A stretch of 64,000 nt of DNA, from NCBI GenBank assembly GCA_964537735.1, contig CAZICL010000006.1:64989-128988 (forward strand), in the 5' to 3' direction. This stretch comes from an uncultured Rhizobium sp. (GTDB taxonomy: Bacteria > Pseudomonadota > Alphaproteobacteria > Rickettsiales > UBA1997). Made by a program: the position numbers and the translations under genes. The notes under the pieces are model-generated. The model did not search any database, had not been told where the DNA came from, and was given only the letters and a program-made list of their open reading frames with translations. Shown one piece after another: positions 37,120 to 44,980 of the stretch. Numbering within the stretch: position 1 is the first letter of the stretch; each line of letters starts with the position of its first letter.

Positions 37120-37980
37120 TTAACGCTCGACGAGTTTCTCCTCACAAATTGTTTTAGTGATTTCCAATAGCTTCTTAACATCACGTTCTAAAACCTCTAA
37201 ATCGTCTTTAGAAATTTTATATTTTGGATCATAGCGGCCGCCGATATAGGCGTATTCTAAAAGTTTGAAGCGTTCTTTTTCTGCTTCGGTTTCTCGGATA
37301 AATAAGTTGTGTAATTCGGGGAAATGTTTGGCGCATTCTTTGCTAAGAATGGCTAAGAAATGTTCGTTTGGATTGTAAAGAGTGAAGACGAGAAGGATTG
37401 TTTTATAGGCTGCTTCTGCTGATTGATGAAGATTAAAAGCGGCCACCTGATACTCTTTTTCACTAACGTAAAAATGATAGCCTTTAGAGAAAGTCTGTGC
37501 TCTTCCAAACCAATGTTCAAAATATTCCCTTTGAAGCTTCTTAATCTCTTCTTCGCTCAAATTTCTACGATCAGCAAAATCAAAATTTTCGGCATCAAAA
37601 ATCACGATTCCTTCCTCAGTAATGTCCGAATAAAAATATTGCCCAACTGAGAGTTTATTATTTAGCTCTTCAATATCATGCGTCAGAATTCTTGGATCAG
37701 CGCTTAACTTAAGATTGCGGCATTTCTCGCCAATATCATGCCAAAGATTGGTATCAAGTGCGGTGATGGCATCGCGGGTAACAACCAAAACATCGTAATC
37801 AGAAACGTGTCCAGATTTGCGGTTTTCAGCTAAGTCTTTCTTTTCTTTGTAATCGCCGCGAGCGTAAGAACCAAATAGGATAATTTTCTCAACATCTTTG
37901 CAGCTATCACGAATTGTTGTGATAATCTTCGCCAGCTCATCTTGTTTGATTTGAGGTAAGTGATTTAGGGAATTTTTCAT
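37120..37980 (-). CDS. fused nucleotidyltransferase (MNT) plus HEPN domain protein, paralog 1
   Basis: 286 aa. The NTase motif is LFGSYARGD...SDYDVLVV. The C-terminal HEPN-like helices are AAFNLHQSAEAAYKTILL...EHFL..L...YAYIGGRYDP. Confidence 0.8.
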   Translation of the reverse strand: MKNSLNHLPQIKQDELAKIITTIRDSCKDVEKIILFGSYARGDYKEKKDLAENRKSGHVSDYDVLVVTRDAITALDTNLWHDIGEKCRNLKLSADPRILTHDIEELNNKLSVGQYFYSDITEEGIVIFDAENFDFADRRNLSEEEIKKLQREYFEHWFGRAQTFSKGYHFYVSEKEYQVAAFNLHQSAEAAYKTILLVFTLYNPNEHFLAILSKECAKHFPELHNLFIRETEAEKERFKLLEYAYIGGRYDPKYKISKDDLEVLERDVKKLLEITKTICEEKLVER

Positions 37981-38147
37981 GCATCGTTTTTTAATTAAAA
38001 ATGGTCTGAGAAAAATTATCAGAAACGATCAAGAAAACAATCTTTCAAACCAGAAAATCAATTCTGAAAAGTCTGATTAATAAAAAATGATGCAGTTTAA
38101 TCTGTGTTAGGAAAGGCACCTTGCTGATAAGCAAAATTTGCAAGAAA

Positions 38148-38285
38148 TCACAAATGTTTTTTAGAGAAAATTCAGCTTTTTCTGTTCTTCAAAAACTATA
38201 TAATTTTTGATTTTCCATGGAGTGAGTTTATTGGGGTGGGTTTAGCTTATCCCGAATTGGTGTTATGAGAACACGATTTTACTGG
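38148..38285 (-). pseudogene. degraded GIY-YIG nuclease gene remnant (paralog of 42237-42476)
   Basis: DNA alignment with 42237-42390 shows a roughly 35-bp internal deletion, loss of frame and no start codon. Confidence 0.5.
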
Positions 38286-38316
38286 GTTAGAGGTCTTGAG
38301 ATTTTATGCTTTTTTG

Positions 38317-39354
38317 CTACACCGTTTTTCCGACTTCAATTTTGCTCACGGCATGAGCTTCAATTAATGTTGGAGTTTGTCCGGGAGTTCTTTCGTTTTT
38401 GAGTTTGCCATCAACTTCCCTTGTAAGTAACTGGTCACAAGCTCTGTCTCTTAATCGGCTTAGGCTATTTACTCTTGCTCGCATAAAACATCCCTCCAAA
38501 TGTTTATCATCATGACTTGCCTTAGAAGATTCTATCCATGTGCTAAGCTCGCTGTTGTCAGGATTGCCGTCAGCCTTAAAAAAATCAGACACCGGCAAAG
38601 GACGGCTATCTTCAAGAGAAAAATCCACTTCCTCACCTTTTTCTCGCCATCTTTGCAGCATTAAATTTTCTCCGCTTTCTTGGCTTATGAAGTTAAAAAT
38701 TTTGCCGTGAATTGGAAAGTTTGGTATTATTTCATAAGTTGCATTGGTCGCAGAATTGATGGCTTTCATTCTTTTCATTGAAGTTCCCATGAAAATTTCT
38801 TCAGGAAATGCAGCCCGAATCAACAAATCTGGCAGCAAATAACTGCGCATTAATTTAAGAAAATTTTGACCAGAATATTCTGGCAAAGTTTGGGAAAGAT
38901 CGAAAAAAATAATTGGTGTATCCTCTGTTATTTTAACGCATTCCCTTTTTTTGGGATCGTTAATTGTAAAGCTCATGGCGCTTAGAGCTTTAGTAGTTCC
39001 ATCTTCCAAAGCCTCTTCCAGAATTATTGCGGTGTAATTATCGGGCTGACCAAATTTTTGAGGGAACTTATTTTTTGCAAAATCTTCAGGATCAGGAGAT
39101 TGAAATTTTTTTTCAAAAATCAAATTTTCTAAATCTTTCTCTGGTACTCCTTCTTTTTTTAGATCTTGAACAAAACGTCGCTGTGTTTCTGCCGCAATCG
39201 GTCCAAGTAATTTTACTGCTTCAGCATTTTCTTTAACTGATTCCGGATTAGTTAAAATACGCACAACTAAATTCCGCCCCTGATGCGTGAAGGCTGGAAA
39301 TGTTTTATTGTCAAACTCAGAAAGTGAGAGAGTGTCAGGGTTAGATCTAGACAT
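38317..39354 (-). CDS. hypothetical 345-aa protein (orphan)
   Basis: A long ORF with no signal peptide or transmembrane segment and no motif I recognise. Confidence 0.55.
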   Translation of the reverse strand: MSRSNPDTLSLSEFDNKTFPAFTHQGRNLVVRILTNPESVKENAEAVKLLGPIAAETQRRFVQDLKKEGVPEKDLENLIFEKKFQSPDPEDFAKNKFPQKFGQPDNYTAIILEEALEDGTTKALSAMSFTINDPKKRECVKITEDTPIIFFDLSQTLPEYSGQNFLKLMRSYLLPDLLIRAAFPEEIFMGTSMKRMKAINSATNATYEIIPNFPIHGKIFNFISQESGENLMLQRWREKGEEVDFSLEDSRPLPVSDFFKADGNPDNSELSTWIESSKASHDDKHLEGCFMRARVNSLSRLRDRACDQLLTREVDGKLKNERTPGQTPTLIEAHAVSKIEVGKTV

Positions 39355-39467
39355 TTGAGACTGCTAGTTGTTAGAAAAATCGCGCGCTTTTTTGTGTTTA
39401 TAATCGAGGCTTAATTAAAAAAGCAGAAGTTAAGATATTTATCAAAATCACTAATTTCGTCTCTAAA

Positions 39468-39497
39468 GAGACTGTCGCAATTCAAATTTTTTTGAAA
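39468..39497. repeat. truncated MITE left end (30 bp)
   Basis: The sequence gagactgtcgcaattcaaatttttttgaaa is identical to the first 30 nt of copy B, and similarity is then lost. Confidence 0.7.
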
Positions 39498-39654
39498 GGA
39501 TTCATCTCAAGTTTAATTCTTCTGGTTGTAAGATTTTCTTACCTCGCCATTCCAAAAACATCAGAGATGGAAAATTAAAAGCCGGGCTAACAGTTGTGAA
39601 CTCGTATACATCTACAGAAAACCTCTCCATTTTTCAAAGAATTCAGCTATACCT

Positions 39655-39720
39655 TGCACAACAAAAAGTTCGCAAATGGTCGTTTCCCTGAGGGCGCGAC
39701 CCTTTTTGCGAACTTTTCTC
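39655..39720. repeat. palindromic repeat unit (tgcacaacaaaaagttcgcaaa ... tttgcgaacttttctc)
   Basis: 13-bp arms aaaagttcgcaaa/tttgcgaactttt are separated by 28 nt. The head and tail resemble the 31961/32051 units. Confidence 0.6.
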
Positions 39721-39767
39721 CGTTTTTGTGGAGCATTTATTTGCAAGGGTTTGAAGGCGATTTCAAG

Positions 39768-39828
39768 TGCACCGAAAAGTTCGAAGTTTTGCAAGCGGTA
39801 GGCAAGTGATATCTTCGAACTTTTTCTC
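39768..39828. repeat. palindromic repeat unit (tgcaccgaaaagttcgaag ... cttcgaactttttctc)
   Basis: It has arms aaaagttcgaag/cttcgaactttt and the head tgcaccgaaaa, which is identical to the units at 31961 and 32051. Confidence 0.6.
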
Positions 39829-39977
39829 TGACACCTCACTAAGCCTTGATTATCTAGGTCATTTCACATTCACCTTCGACTCAATCAGAAATTCCAAAAA
39901 AACACGAATTTCATAAGTTGATTTTTTGCATAATTTTGAGCAAAATAAAATGTCTAAAACTTAAAACCTCATCACAT

Positions 39978-40796
39978 ATGAAAAACAAAAACCAAACCAT
40001 CACTGTCAAAAATACTAAAATCACAATTCTACAATCTGAGGAAGGCGATTACATCTCGCTTACCGACATGCTGCAAGCCAAAGACGGCGATTTCTTTATT
40101 TCTGATTGGTTAAGAAATCGCAACACCGTTGAGTTCCTTGGAATTTGGGAAAGCGTTTACAATCCAAGTTTTAATTATGGCGAATTCGCCATAATTAAAA
40201 GTCAGGCCGGATTAAATAATTATAAAATCAGCGTCAAAGAGTGGGTAGAAAAAACCAAAGCAATTGGTTTAAAAGCTGCAGCTGGAAGATATGGTGGAAC
40301 TTATGCGCACAAAGACATCGCTTTCGAATTCGGTATGTGGATTAGTGCTGAATTCAAAATTTACCTCATTAAAGAATTTCAGCGTTTAAAAGAAGATGAA
40401 AATAACCGCCTGAAGTTGGAATGGAATTTGCAGCGAACTTTAGCAAAAATAAATTATCGTATTCACACTGATGCTATCAAAGAAAATTTGATTCCTCAGA
40501 TAATTTCAAAACAGCAAAAATCCGCGATTTATGCCAATGAAGGAGATTTGTTAAATGTCGCTTTATTTGGAAAAACTGCGGCTGAATTTCGAAAAGAAAA
40601 TCCTGAGCTTGAAGGAAATTTGCGAGATAATGCAACGCTTGAGCAACTTGTTGTGATGACGAATTTAGAAAGCATCAATTCAGTTTTGATAAGACAAAAT
40701 TTACCTCAAAGTGAGAGGTTAAAAAATCTGAATGAGATTGCGATTTCGCAGATGAAGTCACTGTTGGCAAGTAATCAATTAAAGAAGTTGAAGTAA
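39978..40796 (+). CDS. KilA-N domain-containing protein
   Basis: It has the KilA-N pattern DYISLTDM...FISDWLRNRNTVEFLGIWE...GRYGGTYAHKDIAFEFGMWISAEFKIYLIKEFQRLK. The ATG at 39978 is preferred. Confidence 0.8.
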   Translation: MKNKNQTITVKNTKITILQSEEGDYISLTDMLQAKDGDFFISDWLRNRNTVEFLGIWESVYNPSFNYGEFAIIKSQAGLNNYKISVKEWVEKTKAIGLKAAAGRYGGTYAHKDIAFEFGMWISAEFKIYLIKEFQRLKEDENNRLKLEWNLQRTLAKINYRIHTDAIKENLIPQIISKQQKSAIYANEGDLLNVALFGKTAAEFRKENPELEGNLRDNATLEQLVVMTNLESINSVLIRQNLPQSERLKNLNEIAISQMKSLLASNQLKKLK

Positions 40797-40799
40797 TTT

Positions 40800-41028
40800 A
40801 TGAGTAAAAAAAAGAACAAGAAAAAAGAGAATTCCGGCAACTGGTTTGGCCTTTGATAACAACTCAACAGCCCCAATAGAAATTTCATGGATTAACATAG
40901 AAAATAACAAACTCATACTGAAAGACAGTAATGGGAAGGTTATAGAGACAGACTACATCACAATAAGTGATACTTACGAAAGGAGAGAAAAGGGTAACAA
41001 GGTTGTGAGACAGGCTATCGAAAAATGA
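40800..41028 (+). pseudogene. small basic protein gene interrupted by a frameshift at an A8 tract (or two unrelated tiny ORFs)
   Basis: The frame from the ATG at 40800 stops at 40856. The +1 frame is open from 40804 to 41028. Removing one A from the A8 run (40806-40813) would give a continuous 75-aa ORF. Confidence 0.3.
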
Positions 41029-41214
41029 ACAACAAAATAAAAAAATTATAAGCAGGTTGATACGAAAGACAACTTGCAAACTGAATAAAGATTGATGCAC
41101 GGCAAATAATTTCGTGAAATATTTTTTGATCATTATGGCGGTACATTATCTCTAGCCGCCTTACATAAGAAGGTATCTTTGCATTAATTCCGTATTGTGC
41201 TGGCATAATGAGTA

Positions 41215-42069
41215 CTAAACTATTTTTTTCTCACAAACTCTTTTCGTAATTTCCAGCAACCTCTTCACATCGCTAGCTAAAATTTCTAAATCCTCTCTGG
41301 AAATTTTGTATTTCGGATCATATCGACCGCCGATGTATGCATATTCTAGGAGTTTAAAGCGCTCTTTTTCCTCTTCTGTGTGTTTTGGAAATAAATTTTT
41401 TAGCTCAGGAAAATATTGCTCACATTCTGCACCTAAAATTGCTAAAAAATGTTCGTTTGGATTGTAGAGAGTGAATACCAAAAGAATTGTTTTATATGCT
41501 GTTTCTGCAGATTGGTGAAGATCAAAAGCGGCGCTCGAATATTTTTCTCTTCCAAACATGAAATCAAATTTATCCCAGAAGTCTTCAGCTTTGGCAAACC
41601 AATGTTCAAAATAATCTTTTCGGAACTTTTGAATTTCTTCATTACTTAAATTTCTTCGATCAGCAAAATCAAAATTTCCGGCATCAAAAATCACGATGCC
41701 TTCTTCTTTGATGTCGGAATAAAAATATTGCCCAACCGAAAGCTTGTTGTTTAACTCTTCAATGTCGTGTGTTAAAATTCTTGGATCGGCACTGAGTTTT
41801 AAGTTTCGGCATTTTTCGCCGATTTCGTGCCAGAGATTTGTATCAAGAGCGGTGATAGCATCTTTGGTGATGACCAAAATATCATAATCGGAAACGTGTC
41901 CAGATTTGCGGTTTTCGGCTAAATCTTTCTTCTCTTTGTAATCACCACGGGCGTAAGAGCCAAATAGGATAATCTTCTCAACATCTTTGCAGCTATCACG
42001 AATTGTTGTGATAATCTTCGCCAGCTCATCTTGTTTGATTTGAGGTAAGTGATTTAGGGAATTTTTCAT
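41215..42069 (-). CDS. fused nucleotidyltransferase (MNT) plus HEPN domain protein, paralog 2
   Basis: 284 aa with the same architecture as 37120-37980. The NTase half is nearly identical at protein level although the DNA has diverged. Confidence 0.8.
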   Translation of the reverse strand: MKNSLNHLPQIKQDELAKIITTIRDSCKDVEKIILFGSYARGDYKEKKDLAENRKSGHVSDYDILVITKDAITALDTNLWHEIGEKCRNLKLSADPRILTHDIEELNNKLSVGQYFYSDIKEEGIVIFDAGNFDFADRRNLSNEEIQKFRKDYFEHWFAKAEDFWDKFDFMFGREKYSSAAFDLHQSAETAYKTILLVFTLYNPNEHFLAILGAECEQYFPELKNLFPKHTEEEKERFKLLEYAYIGGRYDPKYKISREDLEILASDVKRLLEITKRVCEKKIV

Positions 42070-42236
42070 GCATCGTTTTTTAATTAAAAATGGTCTGAGA
42101 AAAATTATCAGAAACGATCAAGAAAACAATCTTTCAAACCAGAAAATCAATTCTGAAAAGTCTGATTAATAAAAAATGATGCAGTTCAATCTGTGTTAGG
42201 AAAGGCACTTTTTTGATAACCAAATTTAGTAAGGAA

Positions 42237-42476
42237 TCAAAAATGTTTCTTAGAAAAAATTCTGCCATTTCCTGACTTTAAAAATTTCTCAAATTTTTCT
42301 GCTTTTTCTTGTTCTTCAAAAGCGATGTAGTTTTTGATTTTCCACGGAATGAATTTGTTGGTGTGAATTGATTTGCCGGAGTTGTGTTCGGATAATCTTC
42401 TTTTTAGATCTGATGTGGGGCGAATGTAGAAGCGGTTCGGATTGGAGAGGGAGTTGAGGATGTAGGTGTAGTACAT
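42237..42476 (-). CDS. small GIY-YIG nuclease family protein (YhbQ/UPF0213-like)
   Basis: 79 aa with the pattern MYYTYIL.S.....FYI(R)PTSDLKRRLSEHNSGK. The second motif reads YIR rather than YIG. Confidence 0.8.
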   Translation of the reverse strand: MYYTYILNSLSNPNRFYIRPTSDLKRRLSEHNSGKSIHTNKFIPWKIKNYIAFEEQEKAEKFEKFLKSGNGRIFSKKHF

Positions 42477-42519
42477 TTTCTTATGGTGATAAGAATTAGT
42501 ATGAGTTTGTTGGACTGGT

Positions 42520-42622
42520 CCGCTTACGCACTTCGTGCTACAGCGCGATCATCCGCTCTCACTAACGCTACAGTCTTGCTGAATCCTGCGGATTCATCGC
42601 GCTGTAGCGTAAGCGAAAGCGG
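42520..42622. repeat. cluster of short REP-like units (ccgct..acgctacag core) forming a ~100-bp imperfect palindrome abutting the tRNA 3' end
   Basis: The units are at 42520-42547 (+), 42553-42573 (+) and 42598-42622 (-). The central hairpin is gaatcc-tgc-ggattc. Confidence 0.7.
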
Positions 42623-42623
42623 A

Positions 42624-42716
42624 TGGCGGACAGAGAGGGATTCGAACCCTCGATAGAGCTTTTGACCCTATACACACTTTCCAGGCGTGCGCCTTCGACC
42701 ACTCGGCCATCTGTCC
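42624..42716 (-). tRNA. tRNA-Ser (anticodon GGA), CCA encoded
   Basis: I folded the cloverleaf by hand. The acceptor stem is GGACAGA/TCTGTCC and the anticodon stem is CACGC/GTGTG with loop CTGGAAA. It has a long variable arm, a T arm GAGGG-TTCGAAT-CCCTC, discriminator G and CCA. Confidence 0.93.
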
Positions 42717-42763
42717 ATTAATTTTTCTTTGCGAGGCAAAGCGCCTCGCTTAGAAAAATTTAT

Positions 42764-42791
42764 CCCGCTGTAGCTCGAAGAGCGTAAGCGG
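42764..42791. repeat. fourth REP-like unit (cccgctgtagctcgaagagcgtaagcgg) on the other side of the tRNA
   Basis: It has the same core as the 42520-42622 units, in minus orientation. Confidence 0.65.
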
Positions 42792-42822
42792 ATTTCTCCC
42801 AAACTTGGTTGGTATTTCTTCC

Positions 42823-44571
42823 CTACTTGGTTTCCTTATTCAACTTCTTAGTAATAAACCACTGCTGCAAAATCGAAAGCAGGTTGCTCCAAGTCCAGTA
42901 AATTACAAGACCAGCGGGGAAAGCTGCAAGAACAAAAGTTAAAACATAAGGCATCCATTTCATAATTTTTGCTTGAGTGGGATCAGATGCTGCTGGATTT
43001 AACTTCTGTTGGATGATCATAGTGATACCCATCAATATTGGCCAGGCGCCGATAGTGAAGCTGCTGCTCACTTCGAAGGGCAATAAGCCAAACAAGTTAA
43101 AAATTGATGTTGGGTCTGGTGCTGATAAATCGTGAATCCAGCCATAAAATGGCGCTTGGCGCATGTCGAGAGTGACGTACAAAACTTTATACAAAGCGAA
43201 GAAAACCGGAATTTGAATTAAAATCGGCAGGCATCCGGCAGCCGGATTAACCTTTTCTTTTTTGTAGAGTTCCATGACTTCGCGGTTCAAAGCCACTTTA
43301 TCAGTTTTGAATTTATTGCGAATAGCATCAATTTTAGGCTGCAATTTTTTGATTTTGCCAATTGCGGTATAAGATTTGTTAGCCATCGGAAATAGTGCTA
43401 ACTTGATGATTACGGTCATGGCAAGAATTGCTAAACCGAAATTGCCCAAAAATTTTGACAAAAATTCGATGATAAAAAAGAACGGTTTGGTAAGGAAATA
43501 AAACCATCCAAAGTCAACGGCGCGGTCAAAAAGTTTAACATCGAATTCTTTGCCATATTGATCCAGAAGCTTTACCTTCTTGGCTCCGGCAAAAAGATGA
43601 TGATCAAGTTTTAAGTTCTCGCCTTGAGCAATTTTAAATTCTTGGCTGACAAATTCTGAATTAAAGAAGTCATTTTGATTTGATGAGCTAGAGCTGAAAA
43701 CGGCTTTATATTTCAAATTATGATCGGGCAAAATTGAGCTGAGCCAATATTTATCAGTGATGCCAAACCAACCGCCATTTTCAGAAGAAAATTCTTGGCT
43801 TTTTTCTTCGGTTAAATCTTTGTAAGTGGCTTCGTGTAAAACGTCGGAGAACACGCCGATAGCTCCTTCATGCAAAATATAAACCGGTTTACTAACGCTG
43901 TTTAAAAGGCGATTAATGCGGCCATAAGAGGCAACTGAGATGTCGGATTTGGAAGAGTTTTGAATTTCTTGGGTGATGCTAAACATGTAATTTTGGTCGA
44001 TCGCAATCTTAATTAAAAACTCGATGCCACTGTTATTTTTCCATGATAATGTCACGGGATTTTCAGGAGTAAGTTTGGTGCTGCTGCTTTTCCACAAGCT
44101 GTCTGGTTTTGGTAATTCTAAAGTGTTATCAGAGCTGATCCAGCCGAAATCGGCGAAATAACGTTCTTTACTTTCGCTGGGAGAAAATAGTGAAACTTCT
44201 TCCTTATGATCGGCTTTTTCAAAATATTTCGCCAAAGTTAAATCATCAAAACGGGCGCCTTTTAAATAAAGCGAGCCGTGCAAATTTGAGCTTTCAATAG
44301 TTACGCGGTTTTGTTGGCTCTCAACCAAGATTTCTTTGCGATCTTTGAGAGTGAGGGTTGTTTCAGCAGGTTTGATGGTAATTTTATTATCCAGCGCCAA
44401 ATCTTTATTTTCAGGACTTTGAACAGTCGCAACTGGTGGATTTTGTGCAGCTAAAATTTTTCTTTGAGCTTCTTCTTTTTCAACTCGTGGTTTTTCAACA
44501 AACCAGGTCCAACCAATTAAAATGGCAACAGAAATGATAGTGGCTAGTAAGATATTTTTGTTATTTTGCAT
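42823..44571 (-). CDS. yidC: membrane protein insertase YidC
   Basis: 582 aa. It has an N-terminal transmembrane segment, a large periplasmic domain and the C-terminal 60-kDa IMP core (GCLPILIQIPVFFALY...). Confidence 0.95.
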   Translation of the reverse strand: MQNNKNILLATIISVAILIGWTWFVEKPRVEKEEAQRKILAAQNPPVATVQSPENKDLALDNKITIKPAETTLTLKDRKEILVESQQNRVTIESSNLHGSLYLKGARFDDLTLAKYFEKADHKEEVSLFSPSESKERYFADFGWISSDNTLELPKPDSLWKSSSTKLTPENPVTLSWKNNSGIEFLIKIAIDQNYMFSITQEIQNSSKSDISVASYGRINRLLNSVSKPVYILHEGAIGVFSDVLHEATYKDLTEEKSQEFSSENGGWFGITDKYWLSSILPDHNLKYKAVFSSSSSNQNDFFNSEFVSQEFKIAQGENLKLDHHLFAGAKKVKLLDQYGKEFDVKLFDRAVDFGWFYFLTKPFFFIIEFLSKFLGNFGLAILAMTVIIKLALFPMANKSYTAIGKIKKLQPKIDAIRNKFKTDKVALNREVMELYKKEKVNPAAGCLPILIQIPVFFALYKVLYVTLDMRQAPFYGWIHDLSAPDPTSIFNLFGLLPFEVSSSFTIGAWPILMGITMIIQQKLNPAASDPTQAKIMKWMPYVLTFVLAAFPAGLVIYWTWSNLLSILQQWFITKKLNKETK

Positions 44572-44587
44572 GGGAAATAAATCGAGA

Positions 44588-44980
44588 TTAGGTGAAGAAC
44601 TTATTTTTTAAATCGTGGTGCAGATCAGCTACCCAAGAAGAGTTGTCACAAGTTTTATATTTTTTTAACTTAGCGGATTTTTTGTGGATGATGATAATGT
44701 TTTGACCTGTAACAGATTGTGATTTGGTCGGTTTTTTTTCTTTAATACAATCTTCTTCAAGAAGACAAAAGTCGGATTTTTCTAGTCCGAACTTTTTTAA
44801 TTCTTTTTCAAAACTTTTTTTCTCGCTGGCGCAGATATGTAATTTTTTTACTTCGCCATCAACGGCGATAACCGGTGGGATTCCTTTTTCTTCAAGATCG
44901 CGCACTAATTCACGAATTAAAATTTTATTACTTTCCCTCATGCCCTCTTCGGTTTTTTTCAGGATTTCAGCATTACGCAT
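44588..44980 (-). CDS. hypothetical 130-aa Lys/Glu-rich protein, translationally coupled to the zeta-like gene
   Basis: The ATG at 44980 overlaps the upstream stop (ATGCGTAA). No motif is recognised. It ends 17 nt before the yidC start. Confidence 0.5.
   Translation of the reverse strand: MRNAEILKKTEEGMRESNKILIRELVRDLEEKGIPPVIAVDGEVKKLHICASEKKSFEKELKKFGLEKSDFCLLEEDCIKEKKPTKSQSVTGQNIIIIHKKSAKLKKYKTCDNSSWVADLHHDLKNKFFT

Noticed and set aside
39612-39839. 75-aa minus-strand ORF in the islet
   Set aside because: It is composed entirely of the palindromic repeat units and is Arg/Lys-rich junk with no ribosome-binding context.
37118-42623. Intact prophage, ICE or integron
   Set aside because: No integrase, transposase, relaxase, capsid or terminase genes are present. 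The palindromic units do not fit the attC R''/R' (RYYYAAC/GTTRRRY) cores. I describe it only as a decayed, non-autonomous islet.
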